Source: Maricaulaceae bacterium
Lineage (GTDB): Bacteria; Pseudomonadota; Alphaproteobacteria; Caulobacterales; Maricaulaceae
Direction: 5' to 3'
DNA length: 64,000 nt
NCBI GenBank assembly: GCA_048268905.1
Contig: JBLWUN010000006.1
Location: 73,106-137,105, forward strand
In this document: positions 30,301 to 38,490 of the stretch, one piece after another
Layout of the letters: every line of letters begins with the position of its first letter
Numbering within the stretch: the stretch's first letter is position 1
Notes under the pieces: generated by a model
Databases searched by the model: none
What the model was told of the DNA's origin: nothing
Seen by the model: only the letters and a program-made list of their open reading frames with translations
Position numbers and translations under genes: made by a program

Positions 30301-31825
30301 TATTTCGCCGCCGCCGCACCACGACATCTATTCCATCGAAGACTTGGCGCAGCTGATTTATGATCTTAAGCAAATCAATCCGATCGCCCGCGTGGCCGTG
30401 AAATTGGTTGCGTCATCTGGCGTTGGCACAATTGCTGCCGGCGTAGCGAAAGCCAAAGCGGACATCATTTTGATTGCGGGCCACAATGGCGGCACAGGGG
30501 CGTCCCCCAATACATCGCTAAAATATGCGGGTATTCCGTGGGAACTCGGTCTTTCCGAAGCCCACCAGATTCTTACGCTCAATAATTTGCGCGACAAAAT
30601 AACGCTGAGGACGGATGGCGGACTGAAAACGGGCCGCGATATCGTTATCGCGGCGATGCTCGGTGCGGAAGAATATGGAATTGGTACGCTGTCTCTTGTG
30701 GCGATGGGCTGTATCATGGTGCGCCAGTGCCATTCCAATACATGTCCCGTGGGTGTTTGCGTTCAAGATCCGCGGCTGAGAGAGAAATTTACAGGCACAC
30801 CGGAAAAGGTGATTAACCTGATGACATTTATTGCGGAAGATGTGCGCGAGAACCTCGCTGAATTGGGCGTCGAGCGCCTAGAGGACATTATTGGACGCAC
30901 GGACTTGCTCACGCAGTTCTCTCGCGGGGCGGAACATCTTGATGATTTGGACCTAAACCCCATCTTGGCGCGTGTTGATACGCAGCCCGTTGTGGATACA
31001 CGCGATAGCCGCGTCGAAGTGCCTGACACGCTCGATATTTCTATTATTGCCGATGCGGAGCAGCTGTTCGAACGGCGAGAAAAAACCCAGCTCACCTATA
31101 CGGTGCAAAACACGCACCGCGCTGTGGGGACACGCACAAGTTCCCATATTTATAAAACGTTCGGCGCAGAGGGGCTACCTGACGGTCATTTGACTGTGCG
31201 TCTTCGCGGGTCTGCCGGTCAGTCTCTTGGGGCCTTTGGTATGAAAGGCTTACGCATTGTCGTGGACGGTGATGCGAACGATTATGTGGGCAAGGGTTTA
31301 TCCGGCGCAGAGATTATTGTCGCGCCGCAAGGCCAGACGAAGATCAATGCGCATCTGTCGGCGATTATCGGAAATACCTGCCTTTACGGGGCCACCAAAG
31401 GCTCACTTTTGGCGGCGGGCCGAGCTGGCGAGCGCTTCGCGGTTCGAAACTCCGGCGCATCAGCGGTGACTGAGGGATGCGGTACCAATGGTTGCGAATA
31501 TATGACCGGAGGTACTGTTGTGATATTGGGGGCCGTGGGTGATAATTTTGGCGCAGGCATGACCGGCGGCATGGCTTATGTGTATGACGCAAATGGCATG
31601 TTTGAAAAGGCTGTGAATCCGGACAGCGTTGTCTGGCAGCGTTTTGCTGCGGCCCATTGGGAAGACAGTTGTAAAGCTCTGATTTTACGCCATGCAAAAG
31701 AGACGGGTTCCGAATTCTCCGCCAAATTATTGGCCGAGTGGGAGCTTGAGCGCGGTAATTTCTGGCAGGTTGTTCCAAAGGAAATGTTGACGCGGCTGAC
31801 CCATCCACTTGCGGATGCGGCATAA
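27311..31825 (+). CDS. gltB: Glutamate synthase large subunit
   Basis: MTDW...HERSSCGVGLVA (Ntn-amidotransferase Cys), FMN/3Fe-4S central region and a C-terminal beta-helix with GxxGxxG repeats. GAAGGA lies upstream of the ATG at 27311. The track's 69 upstream codons overlap gltD and are rejected. Confidence 0.97.
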   Translation: MTDWLTDYETKRDALIEAGAYDPSHERSSCGVGLVASIKGTPRRDVVEMSIQALKNVWHRGAVDADGKTGDGAGIRLDIPQEFFRAQVERTGHKAGNAKIAVGMIFLPRTDFGAQEQARTIVESELIKEGFYIYGWRQVPINIDVIGQKAQATRPSIEQVMFRDPKGRKGNKLERELYIIRRRIEKRVVAAAIPSFYVCSLSVQTMIYKGMFLAEDIDVFYPDLKDERFISRAAIYHQRYSTNTFPQWWLAQPFRMIAHNGEINTVKANTNFMKSHEIKMASNAFKERAEDVKPIIQKGSSDSAALDSVFELLVRAGRTAPMAKTLLVPEAYSKRGDLMPDDWRDLYEYCNGVMEPWDGPAALAAYDGRWCMAGLDRNGLRPLRYAITNDDILVVGSETGMCPIAENSIIKKGSIKPGRQIAVDLDEGRFYHSSEILDLLSKDKPYKKWLEKVVKLDDVLSGPEPAPTLSGEALRRRQMSCGQTLEDMELILSPMAETGKESVGSMGDDTPLAVLSDIYRPLSHFFRQNFSQVTNPPIDPLRETRVMGLKTRFRNLRNILTDGESQTKEMLVLQSPVMTSGMYERFLKLPDVSTKIIDCTFEVPKPGAVPGAAMNKALGRIRKEAEDAVRKDKCENIVLSDENVGEGRAALPIILCVGGVQTHLVSKGLRSSCSIIVRSAECMDTHYFAVLIGAGATAINAYMAQDAIIDRVNRGLMELDADSAVAQFKAAIEGGLLKIISKMGISVISSYRGGNNFEALGLSRALVGEYFPGMTSRISGIGLAGLETKALEAHERGYNQAVVSLPVGGLYRVRSRGERHAYKAEMIHMLQEAVTREDYGLYKRYADVVNSADPIQIRDLLHLNSDMKPIPVRRVQSVNEIRRRFCTPGMSLGALSPEAHGTLNIAMNRIGAKSVSGEGGEDRARYVPLPNGDNPNSAVKQIASGRFGVNAEYLNQCREIEIKVAQGAKPGEGGQLPGFKVTEMIAKFRNATPGVTLISPPPHHDIYSIEDLAQLIYDLKQINPIARVAVKLVASSGVGTIAAGVAKAKADIILIAGHNGGTGASPNTSLKYAGIPWELGLSEAHQILTLNNLRDKITLRTDGGLKTGRDIVIAAMLGAEEYGIGTLSLVAMGCIMVRQCHSNTCPVGVCVQDPRLREKFTGTPEKVINLMTFIAEDVRENLAELGVERLEDIIGRTDLLTQFSRGAEHLDDLDLNPILARVDTQPVVDTRDSRVEVPDTLDISIIADAEQLFERREKTQLTYTVQNTHRAVGTRTSSHIYKTFGAEGLPDGHLTVRLRGSAGQSLGAFGMKGLRIVVDGDANDYVGKGLSGAEIIVAPQGQTKINAHLSAIIGNTCLYGATKGSLLAAGRAGERFAVRNSGASAVTEGCGTNGCEYMTGGTVVILGAVGDNFGAGMTGGMAYVYDANGMFEKAVNPDSVVWQRFAAAHWEDSCKALILRHAKETGSEFSAKLLAEWELERGNFWQVVPKEMLTRLTHPLADAA

Positions 31826-31866
31826 AAAAGGCCGCGGCGCGATCTGCGCGGCGGCCGTATTTTTTA
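31824..31866. terminator. Bidirectional rho-independent terminator between convergent gltB and the pilus-N-domain gene
   Basis: 11-position GC-rich stem GGCCGCGGCGC / GCGCGGCGGCC (1 mismatch) with a 5-nt loop. It is flanked by AAAAAA on the left and TATTTTTT on the right. Confidence 0.7.
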
Positions 31867-31879
31867 AAAACGAAGCGGC

Positions 31880-32497
31880 CTAGTAGTTGCCTGTGGCACC
31901 TTGATCCACGCCTATATTACCGGGGGGCGTTGGCTGCGGGGCCGTTGGGGTTGCCATACCAATGGATTGCGATCTGTTGACTGAGCTGCCGCTGGCAAAC
32001 GTGTTTGTGATTTCGTTTGCTTGCGTGACATTGGCACCAATAAAGCCGCTATCATCGCCGAGTACGGGAGAGGGTTGGCAATAGGGGGCGCAATTATATG
32101 TCGCGCGCTTGGCATTTCCGCCATTATAAATGCGAACATTTCGGTTAGACGATGACCCGGTTACATGGACATCAGCATTCATCACGGTTTGACCTGCCGC
32201 GTTCAGGATAATCAGGTTTGTGTCGCCGAACCCCCGTCCGACAATGAAAATTGTATCATTGGAATGCACAGAAATGTCTGCAATCTCTGGATTGCCAATG
32301 ACAATCGCTGACGCGGCTTCGGGGAGATATACGATTTCAGTTTTGTTGAGCTCTACGTTGAATTCGGCAACATAGGATGCCGCCATGACGGTCAGTTCCG
32401 CTTCTTGGCCATTGTTTTCTGAATTCGCACTCGCATTTACGGCGGATGGCAAAAGAATGCCAAGGGCACATGATAATAAAATTGTTCTGCAACGCAT
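31880..32497 (-). CDS. Pilus-assembly N-terminal domain protein (secretin-N/BON-like pilus formation protein N-terminal region)
   Basis: Signal peptide MRCRTILLSCALGILLPSAVNASA. The core LNKTEIVYLPEAASAIVIGNPEIADISVHSNDTIFIVGRGFGDTNLIILNAAGQ resembles the N-terminal domain of CpaC (compare CpaC SKSTVVELPVEMMDVIISNPDIVEAMVHTSHRTVLIGKKTGQTNAYFY). Divergent from flp. Confidence 0.7.
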   Translation of the reverse strand: MRCRTILLSCALGILLPSAVNASANSENNGQEAELTVMAASYVAEFNVELNKTEIVYLPEAASAIVIGNPEIADISVHSNDTIFIVGRGFGDTNLIILNAAGQTVMNADVHVTGSSSNRNVRIYNGGNAKRATYNCAPYCQPSPVLGDDSGFIGANVTQANEITNTFASGSSVNRSQSIGMATPTAPQPTPPGNIGVDQGATGNY

Positions 32498-32844
32498 GTT
32501 CAAACCTTTCGACTCACGCATTCATAATAAAATGTAGTGAATGAAGCGTTTACAAATTCTTGACTCACCCCAATGGGCAGAATTTTTAAAGGACCATCAC
32601 GCGAAGCGCCTTAATTGCGCTTGAATGACACTATAATGTGGCGGCGACCAAAGGCTCCGGCGGCTTAGTGGGTGGATGGGTAATTGAGGGCCTCTCTAGA
32701 CAATTTCAGGCCATTTGAATTTTTACCGGAAGTTTACCACGTTGCTTAAATGCATCGTAAGATTACTTCTCTAAATATGGGTTCAACAGGGAATGACCCT
32801 GTGGGGATTTCCTCAGTTAAACTAGCATACGTGGGAGAATTGTT

Positions 32845-33015
32845 ATGCAAAATTTAGTTACTCGTTTTATTAAAGATGAATCTGGTGCAACAGCTATTGA
32901 GTACGGCCTTATGGCGGCGCTTATCGGTATCGCAATCATTGGCGGTGCTCGTTTGCTCGGTACATCACTGAACAACCAGTTCACAACTGTTGCGAACAGC
33001 ATGGTTACTTCTTAA
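32845..33015 (+). CDS. flp: Flp-family type IVb/IVc pilin (56 aa prepilin)
   Basis: My own translation gives MQNLVTRFIKDESGATAIEYGLMAALIGIAIIGGARLLGTSLNNQFTTVANSMVTS. It has the canonical Flp motif G/ATAIEYGL followed by a hydrophobic helix. GGGAGA lies 7 nt upstream and a strong terminator lies downstream. It is below the ORF-track size cutoff. Confidence 0.92.
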   Translation: MQNLVTRFIKDESGATAIEYGLMAALIGIAIIGGARLLGTSLNNQFTTVANSMVTS

Positions 33016-33035
33016 TCTTCGGATTTCGAGTTTTA

Positions 33036-33067
33036 GGGGCTGTCCTTCGGGGCAGCCTTTTTTTTTT
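33036..33067 (+). terminator. Rho-independent terminator/attenuator after flp
   Basis: Stem GGCTGTCC / GGGCAGCC (8 bp including one G-U pair) with a UUCG tetraloop, followed by a run of 10 T. Confidence 0.8.
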
Positions 33068-33155
33068 GCCTCTCAACAGACGGTTGTTTTTAGAAACGGG
33101 GTATTAACCCTAATTTGCTAGGTCATGTCCCAAATTAAGTCGATTGGGGGCCTGA

Positions 33156-33686
33156 ATGTTTCTGGCGTTATTTATTTGCATGGTGTTTTCTGCCGCGATG
33201 TTCACGGCGGTCATTCGTGATGCCTCGACGATGACGATTCCCAATTGGGCGAGTCTTTTGGTTCTGGGCGGCTTTATGCTTGTTATTCCCTTTATTTGGT
33301 CGTCTTGGGCGGCCGCCGGATCGCCGTGGTTGACACTCGGAGAACATGTGGCCGTGGGATTGACCATTTTTGCTGCCGGGTTTGCGATGTTTGCTTTTGG
33401 CTGGCTTGGGGGCGGTGACGCCAAGCTCATGGCCGCGACGGCGTTTTGGTGGCAGTGGACAGATTTGCTGCAATATCTCTTTTACACAACGCTCGCGGGC
33501 GGTGTCCTTGCGCTGTTTTTAATCTTTGGACGCAAATTTATACCGGCGAAGGCTCTGACCCTGCCGTGGCTTCATCGGCTGCTGAAAGACGAGACCCGCA
33601 TGCCCTATGGATTGGCACTTGCCTTTGGCGCGCTCGTCACGCTCCCGCAGAGCGAAATCTTCAAAGCTGCGCTGGGAATAAATTAA
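33156..33686 (+). CDS. cpaA: A24-family prepilin peptidase CpaA/TadV
   Basis: 176 aa and polytopic. Aspartate contexts IRDASTMTIPN and GGGDAKLMAA are typical of Flp prepilin peptidases. Confidence 0.88.
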   Translation: MFLALFICMVFSAAMFTAVIRDASTMTIPNWASLLVLGGFMLVIPFIWSSWAAAGSPWLTLGEHVAVGLTIFAAGFAMFAFGWLGGGDAKLMAATAFWWQWTDLLQYLFYTTLAGGVLALFLIFGRKFIPAKALTLPWLHRLLKDETRMPYGLALAFGALVTLPQSEIFKAALGIN

Positions 33687-33797
33687 AATGTTAACACTTT
33701 GTTTGCCGAGGATTCATACACGTTAACCATGCTTTATGGAATCACCACGTAGAGTGGCTATGAAAATCCGGCGGTATGACCGTTTGAGTGAGGAAAA

Positions 33798-34637
33798 ATG
33801 GAACCGAAAAGACTTATATTAGCGGGTGCAATGGTCGTTGTCGCTTTCCTTGTGTTTACACAGGTACGCAAGATGGCCACGCCCGTCACTATTGAGGTTC
33901 CTGTCAGCACAGAACCCACAATAGAAGCGGTGAATTACGCAGAAGTTTTGGTGGCAACCGGTGAAATCCCATTCGGAACGCGATTGACAGAAGCCAACTT
34001 TAAATGGGCGCAGTGGCCATTTGATCTCGTGAACGGTGAATATATAACTATTTCCGACCGCCCGCAGGCCATTACAGAGCTTGTCGGCAGTCTTGCGCGT
34101 GCGGTGATGTATGAAAATGAACCCATCACTGACCGTAAGTTAGTCAAGCCGGGAACTAGCGGCCCTATGTCCACATTGCTCAAGCCCGGTATGCGCGCGG
34201 TGACAACCCGCATTTCGGTTGATACAGCCGCCGGCGGCTTCATTCAGCCCGGCGACAATGTTGATATTATTCTGACAACGGCGGTCAGCCCCAATCAGGG
34301 TTTCCAATCGGCGGGCAGCGTTCAGGCCTTTTCATCAAATACGATATTTGAAAATGTGCGCGTTCTCGCGATTGACCAAAAATTCAATTCAACAGGCGAT
34401 TCAAGTGCTGCGGTGATCGGGTCTACGGCAACTTTCGAGATGTCGCAGCAAGACGCCGAAATATTACAAGAGTCAGTGGCTCAAGGGGATCTATCACTCA
34501 CATTGCGTCCGATGGGGCCGGTCGGATCAGCACTGGGAAAAAGCCATGCAAGGGTCAAACAAAAATCCGGGGAAGTAACCTCTTTGAGTGTTTATCGCGC
34601 CGGGCAATCGTCCCAGGTTGCGGTTAGAGGGCAATAG
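33798..34637 (+). CDS. cpaB: Flp pilus assembly protein CpaB/RcpC
   Basis: N-terminal TM anchor, a SAF-like domain (VLVATGEIPFGTRLTEANF) and an RcpC C-terminal region. Position is between cpaA and the secretin. Confidence 0.88.
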   Translation: MEPKRLILAGAMVVVAFLVFTQVRKMATPVTIEVPVSTEPTIEAVNYAEVLVATGEIPFGTRLTEANFKWAQWPFDLVNGEYITISDRPQAITELVGSLARAVMYENEPITDRKLVKPGTSGPMSTLLKPGMRAVTTRISVDTAAGGFIQPGDNVDIILTTAVSPNQGFQSAGSVQAFSSNTIFENVRVLAIDQKFNSTGDSSAAVIGSTATFEMSQQDAEILQESVAQGDLSLTLRPMGPVGSALGKSHARVKQKSGEVTSLSVYRAGQSSQVAVRGQ

Positions 34638-34638
34638 G

Positions 34639-36117
34639 ATGAGATATATAAAACCACACAGACTTATTCAACGTGCGGCCCTTGGATTGGCCGCCTTTGC
34701 GCTTTGTACAGTCAGTGCACAGGCGGGAACAAGATCCTATGGCGATATACAGTCACAGGCCCGCCGGTCCGGACACATTAATGTGCAGTCGCCCGGTCAA
34801 AGCTCCGTTTCAAAGTCCATCGTGATCCCCTTTAGCAAATCCACCGTTGTCGAGCTTCCCGTGGAAATGATGGATGTCATTATTTCCAATCCAGATATTG
34901 TTGAAGCTATGGTGCATACGTCACACCGCACCGTTTTAATCGGGAAAAAAACAGGCCAGACAAACGCTTATTTTTATGGCCATGATGGACAAGAGATTCT
35001 GAGCCTAGAAATCCGCGTTGAGCGCGATATCGCCGGTTTGAAAGCCCTTATTAACGAGCATGCGAGCGGCGCAGCCGTTCAGGTGCAAGCGGTGAATGAT
35101 AATCTGCTGCTCACCGGTTCCGTGGCCAATGGGGGCATGTCGAGCCGTGTTCAGGCTTTGGCCGAAATGTGGCTTGACGAAAACACATCCTCTGGCGTTG
35201 ACGGCGAAGTTGTCAACCTTATGTCAGTTGAAGGCAAAGATCAGGTTCTTCTCAAGGTCCGTATTGTTGAAATGCAGCGCAGCGTGACCAAACAAATGGG
35301 TGTCAACCTGAACGTGATTGGGAACTTGGGCGAGTCAACAGTTTCTCTTTTGAGCAATGCCTCTCTTGATCCTGCGGCCGGCTTTAGTGGGAGTTTTGGG
35401 TTGAACCCATCCGGCGGCAGTCTGAAATCTTTGACAGGGGCGCTGACCGCTCTTGAACGCGTCGGATTGGTTCGCACTTTGGCTGAGCCGACCCTGACAG
35501 CGATCTCGGGAGAAACGGCGAACTTCCTTAAAGGCGGCGAGTTTCCCTTGCTTACAAACGTCTTTGTTGACGAAAATGGCCGATTGCAGCGTGAATTTGA
35601 ATTTAAGCCTTACGGCGTATCGCTCGGATTTACCCCCGTCGTCCTGAGCGAAGGCCGGATTTCTTTGAATATTTCCACTGAAGTCTCCGAGCCAACGACG
35701 GAAGGTTCCTTCGAAACAGGCGGTATTTCGTCTGATATTTTGGGGTTGAGCATTCGCCGCGCGAATACGGTCGTGGAGCTTCCTGCTGGGGGAAGTTTGG
35801 TTATTGCAGGTCTTATTCGTGAGGAAAGCCGTCAATCCATTGACGGAACACCCGGTCTTAAGGACATTCCCGGTCTTGGTGCCGCATTCCGCAATCGAGA
35901 CGATCTCTCGACGCAAACAGAATTGGTTATTATCGTCACGGCCTATTTGGTCGATCCGACACATCCCGACAAATTACAAACACCGCTGGATGGTTTCGTG
36001 GCCTCTAGTGATACGGAAAACCTACTGCTTGGCCGTCTGAACAAGGTTTACGGTAAGAAAAACGGACCGATTTCGCAGCAAAGCCTATCTGGTCCATTTG
36101 GCCACGTGGTGGATTAG
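34639..36117 (+). CDS. cpaC: Outer-membrane secretin CpaC/RcpA
   Basis: Signal peptide MRYIKPHRLIQRAALGLAAFALCTVSAQA. Secretin core LAEPTLTAISGETANFLKGGEFP...PGLKDIPGLGAAFRN. The ATG at 34639 is 1 nt after the cpaB stop. Confidence 0.93.
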   Translation: MRYIKPHRLIQRAALGLAAFALCTVSAQAGTRSYGDIQSQARRSGHINVQSPGQSSVSKSIVIPFSKSTVVELPVEMMDVIISNPDIVEAMVHTSHRTVLIGKKTGQTNAYFYGHDGQEILSLEIRVERDIAGLKALINEHASGAAVQVQAVNDNLLLTGSVANGGMSSRVQALAEMWLDENTSSGVDGEVVNLMSVEGKDQVLLKVRIVEMQRSVTKQMGVNLNVIGNLGESTVSLLSNASLDPAAGFSGSFGLNPSGGSLKSLTGALTALERVGLVRTLAEPTLTAISGETANFLKGGEFPLLTNVFVDENGRLQREFEFKPYGVSLGFTPVVLSEGRISLNISTEVSEPTTEGSFETGGISSDILGLSIRRANTVVELPAGGSLVIAGLIREESRQSIDGTPGLKDIPGLGAAFRNRDDLSTQTELVIIVTAYLVDPTHPDKLQTPLDGFVASSDTENLLLGRLNKVYGKKNGPISQQSLSGPFGHVVD

Positions 36118-36125
36118 GAGACAGT

Positions 36126-36809
36126 ATGACTTTTAATATGCGTATGGACCCTAAGAAACTGGTTTTGATTTTATCGGCGTCACTGGCGGCCTTGACCTCC
36201 GCGTGCTCGACGCCGCAATCGTCGAGAGGCCCCGTCACGAATTGGAGCAATATTCAAGTCGCAGAAACAGTTGAGCGGCTCGAGCTATACGCCCGTCCGG
36301 ACGGCCTGAGCCTGTCGGCGCGCGATGAAACCGCCGTGGCGCAGTTCCTCCAAGAATATGGCCGCTCCGGCGATGGTCCGCTTTACATCAATATGCCGAG
36401 CCAGACGATGTCACAGGGCGGCGCGGTGCAATCCCAAGCTCTCATCAAAACGATCATGGGGAATATTGGTCTCGCGGGTGCGCCTATTCAATCTGGTAGC
36501 TATCAAACAGCCGCTGGGAGCCCCGCTCCGGTTGTTGTGTCTTACCGCCGCTTAAAGACCGTTCCGCAAGACTGCCGTTTTGAGGGCAATGTCCTATATA
36601 CAGGTGACAACCAGCCTTACAGTTCATTTGGCTGTAGCTTCCACGCGAACTTGGCCGCGATGATTGGTGACCCACGTCAACTTCTTGAGCCCTATCAAAC
36701 AACGCCGCCAGATATGCAGCGGCGTATGCAGGTCTATGACAAGTATATTAAAGGCGAAAACCCAGCGTCGGCGCAGCCGGATCGCCAAGAAATTTCTGCA
36801 AGCGAGTAG
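36126..36809 (+). CDS. cpaD: CpaD-family pilus assembly lipoprotein
   Basis: Lipobox LAALTSAC. C-terminal CpaD signature FGCSFHANLAAMIGDPRQLL...DMQRRMQVYDKY. Confidence 0.85.
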   Translation: MTFNMRMDPKKLVLILSASLAALTSACSTPQSSRGPVTNWSNIQVAETVERLELYARPDGLSLSARDETAVAQFLQEYGRSGDGPLYINMPSQTMSQGGAVQSQALIKTIMGNIGLAGAPIQSGSYQTAAGSPAPVVVSYRRLKTVPQDCRFEGNVLYTGDNQPYSSFGCSFHANLAAMIGDPRQLLEPYQTTPPDMQRRMQVYDKYIKGENPASAQPDRQEISASE

Positions 36810-36828
36810 CGAGAGTCGAAAGAATATT

Positions 36829-38484
36829 ATGACGCAGCAATCCCCGCAATTTAGGCCCCAGCCCCTTCAGCCGCAGCCACAAGCCGCGCAGCCTGGGCAG
36901 ATGGCTCCTCGCCCGATGCCGACGCCCGGTCAGTTTCAGCCGCAAGCGGTGAACCCGGCGCCCATGCCATCCCCTTATGGCGCGCAGGCCGCCCCGCCGC
37001 CCATGCCAGCGCCTTCGCCAGCTTATGCCCCAGCTCCCGCGCAGACCGCACCTCAATTGCCGCCCATGCCCGGTCCATCTCATGGACAGGAAAGTGGTCA
37101 CTATCCGCAAGCCGGCGGTCAAGCGAGTCATATGCCCGGTCACCAGCCGCAACATTCTGCACCGGCGCATGCCATGCCAGCCCATCAAGGGGGCTCCCCC
37201 TATGAAGAACCTATTGCCACGCCCGTAAAAGAAGGCGGCGAGAAGGCTTTGCCATCGATTGCCATTCAAGCCTTTTGTGACCGCTCCGAAACGGCGGGCG
37301 TCATTCATGAAATGTCGAGTGATTGGCGGATGAAGCGCACCAACCTCAAAATTTTCATGGGCGGGCTACCTGCTGCGATTGAATATTATCACAAAGAAAA
37401 CACACCCAGCCTTGTGCTCGTGGAATCTGGCATGCGCGGGCCGGAACTTTTTGCCCAGCTTGAACAATTAGCGTCCGTTTGCGATGAGGGCACGAAAGTT
37501 GTCATTATTGGCGCGGCAAATGATATTAAGCTCTATCGCCAGCTCATCGATAATGGTGTGAGTGATTATTTGGTTCCCCCTTTTCATCCGCTCAGCGTTA
37601 TTCGCTCAATCTCAGATCTCTATGTGGATCCTGATAAGCCATTTGCCGGGCGTGTCGCCGCGTTCTTTGGCGCTAAAGGCGGCGTCGGGTCGTCTACAAT
37701 CGCGCACAATGTGGCGTGGAGCCTGTCTGAAACCATCCAGCAAGAGACGGCGCTTGTGGACCTTGATGCGTCATGGGGCACAACGGGCCTTGATTTTGCC
37801 TATGATGCCACGGAAGGTCTGGAAGAGGCTTTGGCCGATACGGAGCGCCTCGACGAGACCTTGCTTGACCGCATTATGCTTCGCCACACAGCGAAATTGT
37901 CAATTCTGCCAGCCTCCAGCTCGCTTTCCAACCGTCCCATCATGAACACCGAAGCGTATGAAGCGGTGGTGAATGAAGTTCGCGCCATTAGCCCGATGAC
38001 CATTCTTGATATGCCGCATTTCTGGTCTGATTGGACGAGCAATATTCTGACCAATGCGGATGACGTTGTGATTACTGCAACACCCGATCTCGCCAATTTG
38101 CGGAATACCAAAAACCTTATCGAGTTTCTAAAGGCAGAACGTCCCAATGACGCCCCGCCAATTCTAATCTTGAACAAGACCGGCCTGTCTAAAAACAACG
38201 AAATTTCCGTAAAGGATTTTGGCGCTGCGGTGGGCTTGGATCCGGCGCTCGTGATCGGGTTCGACCCCGATAGCTTCATCGAAGCTGCGAATGACGGGAA
38301 AATGCTATCGGATGTCAAAGCCGCCGCGCAAACCGTGAACGGTTTGAATTATATTGCCCAAAGATTGAAAACTGGCGAATTTTCCATGCCGCCGCAAGCT
38401 CAATCCCGTGTCCCGCGTTTGGGACAAAAATCGGCCGCTGGCAAAGAAAAGAAATCTCTCTTCTCACGCCTGAAAAGGACTTAA
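36829..38484 (+). CDS. cpaE: CpaE/TadZ pilus-assembly ATPase-like localisation protein (REC-like + MinD/ParA domain) with a P/Q-rich N-terminal extension
   Basis: Deviant Walker A FGAKGGVGSSTIAHN. The ATG at 36829 lies after the cpaD stop. The track's upstream 55 codons overlap cpaD and are rejected. Confidence 0.87.
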   Translation: MTQQSPQFRPQPLQPQPQAAQPGQMAPRPMPTPGQFQPQAVNPAPMPSPYGAQAAPPPMPAPSPAYAPAPAQTAPQLPPMPGPSHGQESGHYPQAGGQASHMPGHQPQHSAPAHAMPAHQGGSPYEEPIATPVKEGGEKALPSIAIQAFCDRSETAGVIHEMSSDWRMKRTNLKIFMGGLPAAIEYYHKENTPSLVLVESGMRGPELFAQLEQLASVCDEGTKVVIIGAANDIKLYRQLIDNGVSDYLVPPFHPLSVIRSISDLYVDPDKPFAGRVAAFFGAKGGVGSSTIAHNVAWSLSETIQQETALVDLDASWGTTGLDFAYDATEGLEEALADTERLDETLLDRIMLRHTAKLSILPASSSLSNRPIMNTEAYEAVVNEVRAISPMTILDMPHFWSDWTSNILTNADDVVITATPDLANLRNTKNLIEFLKAERPNDAPPILILNKTGLSKNNEISVKDFGAAVGLDPALVIGFDPDSFIEAANDGKMLSDVKAAAQTVNGLNYIAQRLKTGEFSMPPQAQSRVPRLGQKSAAGKEKKSLFSRLKRT

Positions 38485-38490
38485 TAGCTT

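Noticed and set aside
36664-36828. 55-codon 5' extension of cpaE, and the similar extension of cpaC (34588-34638)
   Set aside because: Both overlap the preceding genes (cpaD, cpaB) out of frame. The internal ATGs give a proper signal peptide for CpaC, or start directly after the upstream stop.
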